Below are positions 7,465 to 19,500 of a DNA stretch of 64,000 nt, piece after piece. Source of the stretch: Auanema rhodensis. Its lineage: Eukaryota; Animalia; Nematoda. The translations under genes were made by a program, and so were the position numbers. Location: NCBI GenBank assembly GCA_964057225.1, contig OZ059899.1:2790001-2854000 (forward strand), written 5' to 3'. Positions within the stretch are counted from its first letter, which is position 1. The number at the start of each line of letters is the position of its first letter. The notes beneath the pieces were generated by a model. It was not told the DNA's origin, did no database searches, and was given only the letters and a program-made list of their open reading frames with translations.

Positions 7465-10400
7465 GCTAGCTTAAAAATGCACCGAGATATCAACTGATAT
7501 AAGTTCACACTTATATCCTCGATTTTCACCCTGAAGAATTAATTTTTTCGTTGAATAACATTGTCTATCGTCTTTGCCTTGAAAAATGGAATCTAAAAAC
7601 ATCTACTTTTTGCTAAATTATTTTGAAATTTTTCGAAAAAATTTTTGTCAAAATGTTTTTGGAAGCAATGTTGAGTGTACATGGAAACTCAACATACACT
7701 AATGCATCATTTTTCAAACGATCATAACTAATTTTTGTATTAAGCGTTTCTCAATGTAGTATAGTGCATTCGATGCGGATTTTTAAGCTGCGTCGATCTG
7801 TGTTATCAGATTTGCGCTAGCTTAAAAATGCACCGAGATATCAACTGATATAAGTTCATACTTATATCCTCGATTTTCACCCTGAAGAATTAATTTTTTC
7901 GTTGAATAACATTGTCCATCGTCTTTGCCTTGAAAAATGGAATCTAAAAACATCTACTTTTTGCTAAATTATTTTGAAATTTTTCGAAAAAATTTTTGTC
8001 AAAATGTTTTTGGAAGCAATGTTGAGTGTACATGGAAACTCAACATACACTAATGCATCATTTTTCAAACGATCATAACTAATTTTTGTATTAAGCGTTT
8101 CTCAATGTAGTATAGTGCACTCGATGCGGATTTTTAAGCTGCGTCGATCTGTGTTCTCAGATTTGCGCTAGCTTAAAAATGCACCGAGATATCAACTGAT
8201 ATAAGTTCACACTTATATCCTCGATTTTCACCCTGAAGAATTAATTTTTTCGTTGAATAACATTGTCCATCGTCTTTGCCTTGAAAAATGGAATCTAAAA
8301 ACATCTACTTTTTGCTAAATTATTTTGAAATTTTTCGAAAAAATTTTTGTCAAAATGTTTTTGGAAGCAATGTTGAGTGTACATGGAAACTCAACATACA
8401 CTAATGCATCATTTTTCAAACGATCATAACTAATTTTTGTATCAAGCGTTTCTCAATGTAGTATAGTGCATTCTATGCGGATTTTTAAGCTGCGTCGATT
8501 TGTGTTATCAGATTTGCGCTAGCTTAAAAATGCACCGAGATATCAACTGATATAAGTTCACACTTATATCCTCGATTTTCACCCTGAAGAATTAATTTTT
8601 TCGTTGAATAACATTGTCTATCGTCTTTGCCTTGAAAAATGGAATCTAAAAACATCTACTTTTTGCTAAATTATTTTGAAATTTTTCGAAAAAATTTTTG
8701 TCAAAATGTTTTTGGAAGCAATGTTGAGTGTACATGGAAACTCAACATACACTAATGCATCATTTTTCAAACGATCATAACTAATTTTTGTATTAAGCGT
8801 TTCTCAATGTAGTATAGTGCATTCGATGCGGATTTTTAAGCTGCGTCGATCTGTGTTATCAGATTTGCGCTAGCTTAAAAATGCACCGAGATATCAACTG
8901 ATATAAGTTCATACTTATATCCTCGATTTTCACCCTGAAGAATTAATTTTTTCGTTGAATAACATTGTCCATCGTCTTTGCCTTGAAAAATGGAATCTAA
9001 AAACATCTACTTTTTGCTAAATTATTTTGAAATTTTTCGAAAAAATTTTTGTCAAAATGTTTTTGGAAGCAATGTTGAGTGTACATGGAAACTCAACATA
9101 CACTAATGCATCATTTTTCAAACGATCATAACTAATTTTTGTATCAAGCGTTTTTCAATGTAGTATAGTGCATTCTATGCGGATTTTTAAGCTGCGTCGA
9201 TTTGTGTTATCAGATTTGCGCTAGCTTAAAAATGCACCGAGATATCAACTGATATAAGTTCACACTTATATCCTCGATTTTCACCCTGAAGAATTAATTT
9301 TTTCGTTGAATAACATTGTCTATCGTCTTTGCCTTGAAAAATGGAATCTAAAAACATCTACTTTTTGCTAAATTATTTTGAAATTTTTCGAAAAAATTTT
9401 TGTCAAAATGTTTTTGGAAGCAATGTTGAGTGTACATGGAAACTCAACATACACTAATGCATCATTTTTCAAACGATCATAACTAATTTTTGTATCAAGC
9501 GTTTTTCAATGTAGTATAGTGCATTCTATGCGGATTTTTAAGCTGCGTCGATTTGTGTTATCAGATTTGCGCTAGCTTAAAAATGCACCGAGATATCAAC
9601 TGATATAAGTTCACACTTATATCCTCGATTTTCACCCTGAAGAATTAATTTTTTCGTTGAATAACATTGTCTATCGTCTTTGCCTTGAAAAATGGAATCT
9701 AAAAACATCTACTTTTTGCTAACTTATTTTGAAATTTTTCGAAAAAATTTTTGTCAAAATGTTTTTGGAAGCAATGTTGAGTGTACATGGAAACTCAACA
9801 TACACTAATGCATCATTTTTCAAACGATCATAACTAACTTTTGTATTAAGCGTTTCTCAATGTAGTATAGTGCATTCGATGCGGATTTTTAAGCTGCGTC
9901 GATCTGTGTTCTCAGATTTGCGCTAGCTTAAAAATGCACCGAGATATCAACTGATATAAGTTCACACTTATATCCTCGATTTTCACCCTGAAGAATTAAT
10001 TTTTTCGTTGAATAACATTGTCCATCGTCTTTGCCTTGAAAAATGGAATCTAAAAACATCTACTTTTTGCTAAATTATTTTGAAATTTTTCGAAAAAATT
10101 TTTGTCAAAATGTTTTTGGAAGCAATGTTGAGTGTACATGGAAACTCAACATACACTAATGCATCATTTTTCAAACGATCATAACTAATTTTTGAATCAA
10201 GCGTTTCTCAATGTAGTATAGTGCATTCTATGCGGATTTTTAAGCTGCGTCGATTTGTGTTATCAGATTTGCGCTAGCTTAAAAATGCACCGAGATATCA
10301 ACTGATATAAGTTCACACTTATATCCTCGATTTTCACCCTGAAGAATTAATTTTTTCGTTGAATAACATTGTCTATCGTCTTTGCCTTGAAAAATGGAAT

Positions 10401-12141
10401 CTAAAAACATCTACTTTTTGCTAAATTATTTTGAAATTTTTCGAAAAAATTTTTGTCAAAATGTTTTTGGAAGCAATGTTGAGTGTACATGGAAACTCAA
10501 CATACACTAATGCATCATTTTTCAAACGATCATAACTAATTTTTGTATTAAGCGTTTCTCAATGTAGTATAGTGCATTCGATGCGGATTTTTAAGCTGCG
10601 TCGATCTGTGTTATCAGATTTGCGCTAGCTTAAAAATGCACCGAGATATCAACTGATATAAGTTCATTCTTATATCCTCGATTTTCACCCTGAAGAATTA
10701 ATTTTTTCGTTGAATAACATTGTCCATCGTCTTTGCCTTGAAAAATGGAATCTAAAAACATCTACTTTTTGCTAAATTATTTTGAAATTTTTCGAAAAAA
10801 TTTTTGTCAAAATGTTTTTGGAAGCAATGTTGAGTGTACATGGAAACTCAACATACACTAATGCATCATTTTTCAAACGATCATAACTAATTTTTGTATC
10901 AAGCGTTTTTCAATGTAGTATAGTGCATTCTATGCGGATTTTTAAGCTGCGTCGATTTGTGTTATCAGATTTGCGCTAGCTTAAAAATGCACCGAGATAT
11001 CAACTGATATAAGTTCACACTTATATCCTCGATTTTCACCCTGAAGAATTAATTTTTTCGTTGAATAACATTGTCTATCGTCTTTGCCTTGAAAAATGGA
11101 ATCTAAAAACATCTACTTTTTGCTAAATTATTTTGAAATTTTTCGAAAAAATTTTTGTCAAAATGTTTTTGGAAGCAATGTTGAGTGTACATGGAAACTC
11201 AACATACACTAATGCATCATTTTTCAAACGATCATAACTAATTTTTGTATTAAGCGTTTCTCAATGTAGTATAGTGCATTCGATGCGGATTTTTAAGCTG
11301 CGTCGATCTGTGTTATCAGAATTGCGCTAGCTTAAAAATGCACCGAGATATCAACTGATATAAGTTCACACTTATATCCTCGATTTTCACCCTGAAGAAT
11401 TAATTTTTTCGTTGAATAACATTGTCCATCGTCTTTGCCTTGAAAAATGGAATCTAAAAACATCTACTTTTTGCTAAATTATTTTGAAATTTTTCGAAAA
11501 AATTTTTGTCAAAATGTTTTTGGAAGCAATGTTGAGTGTACATGGAAACTCAACATACACTAATGCATCATTTTTCAAACGATCATAACTAATTTTTGTA
11601 TCAAGCGTTTTTCAATGTAGTATAGTGCATTCGATGCGGATTTTTAAGCTGCGTCGATCTGTGTTATCATATTTGCGCTAGCTTAAAAATGCACCGAGAT
11701 ATCAACTGATATAAGTTCACACTTATATCCTCGATTTTCACCCTGAAGAATTATTTTTTTCGTTGAACAACATTGTCCATCGTCTTTGCCTTGAAAAATG
11801 GAATCTAAAAACATCTACTTTTTGCTAAATTATTTTGAAATTTTTCGAAAAAATTTTTGTCAAAATGTTTTTGGAAGCAATGTTGAGTGTACATGGAAAC
11901 TCAACATACACTAATGCATCATTTTTCAAACGATCATAACTAATTTTTGTATTAAGCGTTTCTCAATGTAGTATAGTGCACTCGATGCGGATTTTTAAGC
12001 TGCGTCGATCTGTGTTCTCAGATTTGCGCTAGCTTAAAAATGCACCGAGATATCAACTGATATAAGTTCACACTTATATCCTCGATTTTCACCCTGAAGA
12101 ATTAATTTTTTCGTTGAATAACATTGTCCATCGTCTTTGCG

Positions 12142-15100
12142 TTGAAAAATGGAATCTAAAAACATCTACTTTTTGCTAAATTATTTTGAAATTTTTCGAA
12201 AAAATTTTTGTCAAAATGTTTTTGGAAGCAATGTTGAGTGTACATGGAAACTCAACATACACTAATGCATCATTTTTCAAACGATCATAACTAATTTTTG
12301 TATCAAGCGTTTCTCAATGTAGTATAGTGCATTCGATGCGGATTTTTAAGCTGCGTCGATCTGTGTTATCAGATTTGCGCTAGCTTAAAAATGCACCGAG
12401 ATATCAACTGATATAAGTTCACACTTATATCCTCGATTTTCACCCTGAAGAATTAATTTTTTCGTTGAATAACATTGTCCATCGTCTTTGCCTTGAAAAA
12501 AGGAATCTAAAAACATCTACTTTTTGCTAAATTATTTTGAAATTTTTCGAAAAAATTTTTGTCAAAATGTTTTTGGAAGCAATGTTGAGTGTACATGGAA
12601 ACTCAACATACACTAATGCATCATTTTTCAAACGATCATAACTAATTTGTGTACTAAGCGTTTCTCAATGTAGTATAGTGCATTCGATGCGGATTTTTAA
12701 GCTGCGTCGATCTGTGTTATCAGATTTGCGCTAGCTTGAAAATGCACCGAGATATCAACTGATATAAGTTCACACTTATATCCTCGATTTTCACCCTGAA
12801 GAATTAATTTTTTCGTTGAATAACATTGTCCATCGTCTTTGCCTTGAAAAAAGGAATCTAGAAACATCTACTTTTTGCTAAATTATTTTGAAATTTTTCG
12901 AAAAAATTTTTGTCAAAATGTTTTTGGAAGCAATGTTGAGTGTACATGGAAACTCAACATACACTAATGCATCATTTTTCAAACGATCATAACTAATTTT
13001 TGTATCAAGCGTTTCTCAATGTAGTATAGTGCATTCGATGCGGATTTTTTAGCTGCGTCGATCTGTGTTATCAGATTTGCGCTAGCTTAAAAATGCACCG
13101 AGATATCAACTGATATAAGTTCACACTTATATCCTCGATTTTCACCCTGAAGAATTGATTTTTTCGTTGAATAACATTGTCCATCGTCTTTGCCTTGAAA
13201 AAAGGAATCTAAAAACATCTACTTTTTGCTAAATTATTTTGAAATTTTTCGAAAAAATTTTTGTCAAAATGTTTTTGGAAGCAATGTTGAGTGTACATGG
13301 AAACTCAACATACACTAATGCATCATTTTTCAAACGATCATAACTAATTTGTGTACTAAGCGTTTCTTAATGTAGTATAGTGCATTCGATGCGGATTTTT
13401 AAGCTGCGTCGATCTGTGTTATCAGATTTGCGCTAGCTTAAAAATGCACCGAGATATCAACTGATATAAGTTCACACTTATATCCTCGATTTTCACCCTG
13501 AAGAATTAATTTTTTCGTTGAATAACATTGTCTATCGTCTTTGCCTTGAAAAATGGAATCTAAAAACATCTACTTTTTGCTAAATTATTTTGAAATTTTT
13601 CGAAAAAATTTTTGTCAAAATGTTTTTGGAAGCAATGTTGAGTGTACATGGAAACTCAACATACACTAATGCATCATTTTTCAAACGATCATAACTAATT
13701 TGTGTACTAAGCGTTTCTCAATGTAGTATAGTGCATTCGATGCGGATTTTTAAGCTGCGTCGATCTGTGTTATCAGATTTGCGCTAGCTTAAAAATGCAC
13801 CGAGATATCAACTGATATAAGTTCACACTTATATCCTCGATTTTCACCCTGAAGAATTAATTTTTTCGTTGAATAACATTGTCTATCGTCTTTGCCTTGA
13901 AAAATAAAATCTAAAAACATCTACTTTTTGCTAAATTATTTTGAAATTTTTCGAAAAAATTTTTGTCAAAATGTTTTTGGAAGCAATGTTGAGTGTACAT
14001 GGAAACTCAACATACACTAATGCATCATTTTTCAAACGATCATAACTAATTTGTGTACTAAGCGTTTCTCAATGTAGTATAGTGCATTCGATGCGGATTT
14101 TTAAGCTGCGTCGATCTGTGTTATCAGATTTGCGCTAGCTTAAAAATGCACCGAGATATCAACTGATATAAGTTCACACTTATATCCTCGATTTTCACCC
14201 TGAAGAATTAATTTTTTCGTTGAATAACATTGTCCATCGTCTTTGCCTTGAAAAATGGAATCTAAAAACATCTACTTTTTGCTAAATTATTTTGAAATTT
14301 TTCGAAAAAATTTTTGTCAAAATGTTTTTGGAAGCAATGTTGAGTGTACATGGAAACTCAACATACACTAATGCATCATTTTTCAAACGATCATAACTAA
14401 TTTTTGTATCAAGCGTTTCTCAATGTAGTATAGTGCATTCGATGCGGATTTTTAAGCTGCGTCGATCTGTGTTATCAGATTTGCGCTAGCTTAAAAATGC
14501 ACCGAGATATCAACTGATATAAGTTCACACTTATATCCTCGATTTTCACCCTGAAGAATTAATTTTTTCGTTGAATAACATTGTCCATCGTCTTTGCCTT
14601 GAAAAAAGGAATCTAAAAACATCTACTTTTTGCTAAATTATTTTGAAATTTTTCGAAAAAATTTTTGTCAAAATGTTTTTGGAAGCAATGTTGAGTGTAC
14701 ATGGAAACTCAACATACACTAATGCATCATTTTTCAAACGATCATAACTAATTTGTGTACTAAGCGTTTCTCAATGTAGTATAGTGCATTCGATGCGGAT
14801 TTTTAAGCTGCGTCGATCTGTGTTATCAGATTTGCGCTAGCTTGAAAATGCACCGAGATATCAACTGATATAAGTTCACACTTATATCCTCGATTTTCAC
14901 CCTGAAGAATTAATTTTTTCGTTGAATAACATTGTCCATCGTCTTTGCCTTGAAAAAAGGAATCTAGAAACATCTACTTTTTGCTAAATTATTTTGAAAT
15001 TTTTCGAAAAAATTTTTGTCAAAATGTTTTTGGAAGCAATGTTGAGTGTACATGGAAACTCAACATACACTAATGCATCATTTTTCAAACGATCATAACT

Positions 15101-16515
15101 AATTTTTGTATCAAGCGTTTCTCAATGTAGTATAGTGCATTCGATGCGGATTTTTTAGCTGCGTCGATCTGTGTTATCAGATTTGCGCTAGCTTAAAAAT
15201 GCACCGAGATATCAACTGATATAAGTTCACACTTATATCCTCGATTTTCACCCTGAAGAATTGATTTTTTCGTTGAATAACATTGTCCATCGTCTTTGCC
15301 TTGAAAAAAGGAATCTAAAAACATCTACTTTTTGCTAAATTATTTTGAAATTTTTCGAAAAAATTTTTGTCAAAATGTTTTTGGAAGCAATGTTGAGTGT
15401 ACATGGAAACTCAACATACACTAATGCATCATTTTTCAAACGATCATAACTAATTTGTGTACTAAGCGTTTCTTAATGTAGTATAGTGCATTCGATGCGG
15501 ATTTTTAAGCTGCGTCGATCTGTGTTATCAGATTTGCGCTAGCTTAAAAATGCACCGAGATATCAACTGATATAAGTTCACACTTATATCCTCGATTTTC
15601 ACCCTGAAGAATTAATTTTTTCGTTGAATAACATTGTCTATCGTCTTTGCCTTGAAAAATGGAATCTAAAAACATCTACTTTTTGCTAAATTATTTTGAA
15701 ATTTTTCGAAAAAATTTTTGTCAAAATGTTTTTGGAAGCAATGTTGAGTGTACATGGAAACTCAACATACACTAATGCATCATTTTTCAAACGATCATAA
15801 CTAATTTGTGTACTAAGCGTTTCTCAATGTAGTATAGTGCATTCGATGCGGATTTTTAAGCTGCGTCGATCTGTGTTATCAGATTTGCGCTAGCTTAAAA
15901 ATGCACCGAGATATCAACTGATATAAGTTCACACTTATATCCTCGATTTTCACCCTGAAGAATTAATTTTTTCGTTGAATAACATTGTCTATCGTCTTTG
16001 CCTTGAAAAATAAAATCTAAAAACATCTACTTTTTGCTAAATTATTTTGAAATTTTTCGAAAAAATTTTTGTCAAAATGTTTTTGGAAGCAATGTTGAGT
16101 GTACATGGAAACTCAACATACACTAATGCATCATTTTTCAAACGATCATAACTAATTTGTGTACTAAGCGTTTCTCAATGTAGTATAGTGCATTCGATGC
16201 GGATTTTTAAGCTGCGTCGATCTGTGTTATCAGATTTGCGCTAGCTTAAAAATGCACCGAGATATCAACTGATATAAGTTCACACTTATATCCTCGATTT
16301 TCACCCTGAAGAATTAATTTTTTCGTTGAATAACATTGTCCATCGTCTTTGCCTTGAAAAATGGAATCTAAAAACATCTACTTTTTGCTAAATTATTTTG
16401 AAATTTTTCGAAAAAATTTTTGTCAAAATGTTTTTGGAAGCAATGTTGAGTGTACATGGAAACTCAACATACACTAATGCATCATTTTTCAAACGATCAT
16501 AACTAATTTTTGTAT
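12142..16515. repeat. Tandem duplication of a 6-monomer block (2106-bp period)
   Basis: Rare variants pair at 12861/14967, 13050/15156, 13368/15474 and 13906/16012. Confidence 0.9.
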
Positions 16516-19500
16516 TAAGCGTTTCTCAATGTAGTATAGTGCACTCGATGCGGATTTTTAAGCTGCGTCGATCTGTGTTCTCAGATTTGCGCTAGCTTAA
16601 AAATGCACCGAGATATCAACTGATATAAGTTCACACTTATATCCTCGATTTTCACCCTGAAGAATTAATTTTTTCGTTGAATAACATTGTCCATCGTCTT
16701 TGCCTTGAAAAATGGAATCTAAAAACATCTACTTTTTGCTAAATTATTTTGAAATTTTTCGAAAAAATTTTTGTCAAAATGTTTTTGGAAGCAATGTTGA
16801 GTGTACATGGAAACTCAACATACACTAATGCATCATTTTTCAAACGATCATAACTAATTTTTGTATCAAGCGTTTCTCAATGTAGTATAGTGCATTCGAT
16901 GCGGATTTTTAAGCTGCGTCGATCTGTGTTATCAGATTTGCGCTAGCTTGAAAATGCACCGAGATATCAACTGATATAAGTTCACACTTATATCCTCGAT
17001 TTTCACCCTGAAGAATTAATTTTTTCGTTGAATAACATTGTCTATCGTCTTTGCCTTGAAAAATGGAATCTAAAAACATCTACTTTTTGCTAAATTATTT
17101 TGAAATTTTTCGAAAAAATTTTTGTCAAAATGTTTTTGGAAGCAATGTTGAGTGTACATGGAAACTCAACATACACTAATGCATCATTTTTCAAACGATC
17201 ATAACTAATTTGTGTACTAAGCGTTTCTCAATGTAGTATAGTGCATTCGATGCGGATTTTTAAGCTGCGTCGATCTGTGTTATCAGATTTGCGCTAGCTT
17301 AAAAATGCACCGAGATATCAACTGATATAAGTTCACACTTATATCCTCGATTTTCACCCTGAAGAATTAATTTTTTCGTTGAATAACATTGTCCATCGTC
17401 TTTGCCTTGAAAAATGGAATCTAAAAACATCTACTTTTTGCTAAATTATTTTGAAATTTTTCGAAAAAATTTTTGTCAAAATGTTTTTGGAAGCAATGTT
17501 GAGTGTACATGGAAACTCAACATACACTAATGCATCATTTTTCAAACGATCATAACTAATTTTTGTATTAAGCGTTTCTCAATGTAGTATAGTGCACTCG
17601 ATGCGGATTTTTAAGCTGCGTCGATCTGTGTTCTCAGATTTGCGCTAGCTTAAAAATGCACCGAGATATCAACTGATATAAGTTCACACTTATATCCTCG
17701 ATTTTCACCCTGAAGAATTAATTTTTTCGTTGAATAACATTGTCCATCGTCTTTGCCTTGAAAAATGGAATCTAAAAACATCTACTTTTTGCTAAATTAT
17801 TTTGAAATTTTTCGAAAAAATTTTTGTCAAAATGTTTTTGGAAGCAATGTTGAGTGTACATGGAAACTCAACATACACTAATGCATCATTTTTCAAACGA
17901 TCATAACTAATTTTTGTATCAAGCGTTTCTCAATGTAGTATAGTGCATTCGATGCGGATTTTTAAGCTGCGTCGATCTGTGTTATCAGATTTGCGCTAGC
18001 TTGAAAATGCACCGAGATATCAACTGATATAAGTTCACACTTATATCCTCGATTTTCACCCTGAAGAATTAATTTTTTCGTTGAATAACATTGTCCATCG
18101 TCTTTGCCTTGAAAAAAGGAATCTAAAAACATCTACTTTTTGCTAAATTATTTTGAAATTTTTCGAAAAAATTTTTGTCAAAATGTTTTTGGAAGCAATG
18201 TTGAGTGTACATGGAAACTCAACATACACTAATGCATCATTTTTCAAACGATCATAACTAATTTGTGTACTAAGCGTTTCTCAATGTAGTATAGTGCATT
18301 CGATGCGGATTTTTAAGTTGCGTCGATCTGTGTTATCAGATTTGCGCTAGCTTAAAAATGCACCGAGATATCAACTGATATAAGTTCACACTTATATCCT
18401 CGATTTTCACCCTGAAGAATTAATTTTTTCGTTGAATAACATTGTCCATCGTCTTTGCCTTGAAAAAAGGAATCTAAAAACATCTACTTTTTGCTAAATT
18501 ATTTTGAAATTTTTCGAAAAAATTTTTGTCAAAATGTTTTTGGAAGCAATGTTGAGTGTACATGGAAACTCAACATACACTAATGCATCATTTTTCAAAC
18601 GATCATAACTAATTTTTGTATCAAGCGTTTCTCAATGTAGTATAGTGCATTCGATGCGGATTTTTAAGCTGCGTCGATCTGTGTTATCAGATTTGCGCTA
18701 GCTTAAAAATGCACCGAGATATCAACTGATATATGTTCACACTTATATCCTCGATTTTCACCCTGAAGAATTGATTTTTTCGTTGAATAACATTGTCCAT
18801 CGTCTTTGCCTTGAAAAAAGGAATCTAAAAACATCTACTTTTTGCTAAATTATTTTGAAATTTTTCGAAAAAATTTTTGTCAAAATGTTTTTGGAAGCAA
18901 TGTTGAGTGTACATGGAAACTCAACATACACTAATGCATCATTTTTCAAACGATCATAACTAATTTGTGTACTAAGCGTTTCTCAATGTAGTATAGTGCA
19001 TTCGATGCGGATTTTTAAGCTGCGTCGATCTGTGTTATCAGATTTGCGCTAGCTTAAAAATGCACCGAGATATCAACTGATATAAGTTCACACTTATATC
19101 CTCGATTTTCACCCTGAAGAATTAATTTTTTCGTTGAATAACATTGTCTATCGTCTTTGCCTTGAAAAATGGAATCTAAAAAGATCTACTTTTCGCTAAA
19201 TTATTTTGAAATTTTTCGAAAAAATTTTTGTCAAAATGTTTTTGGAAGCAATGTTGAGTGTACATGGAAACTCAACATACACTAATGCATCATTTTTCAA
19301 ACGATCATAACTAATTTTTGTATTAAGCGTTTCTCAATGTAGTATAGTGCACTCGATGCGGATTTTTAAGCTGCGTCGATCTGTGTTCTCAGATTTGCGC
19401 TAGCTTAAAAATGCACCGAGATATCAACTGATATAAGTTCACACTTATATCCTCGATTTTCACCCTGAAGAATTAATTTTTTCGTTGAATAACATTGTCC

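Noticed and set aside
7728-7740. AATTTTTG Sm-site-like word suggesting an snRNA/SL RNA array
   Set aside because: No spliced-leader or snRNA sequence recognised. The word is expected in T-rich DNA and is often mutated to AATTTGTG.
7756-7780. GTAGTATAGTG resembles a tRNA D-arm/A-box and TTCGA resembles a T-loop
   Set aside because: The motifs are adjacent rather than at tRNA spacing. No acceptor or anticodon stems and no proper B-box; tRNAscan-SE would be needed to overturn this.
7465-7815. Monomer as an ancient dimer of ~175-bp subunits
   Set aside because: Only a short AAAATG word recurs at +176; the halves do not align by eye.
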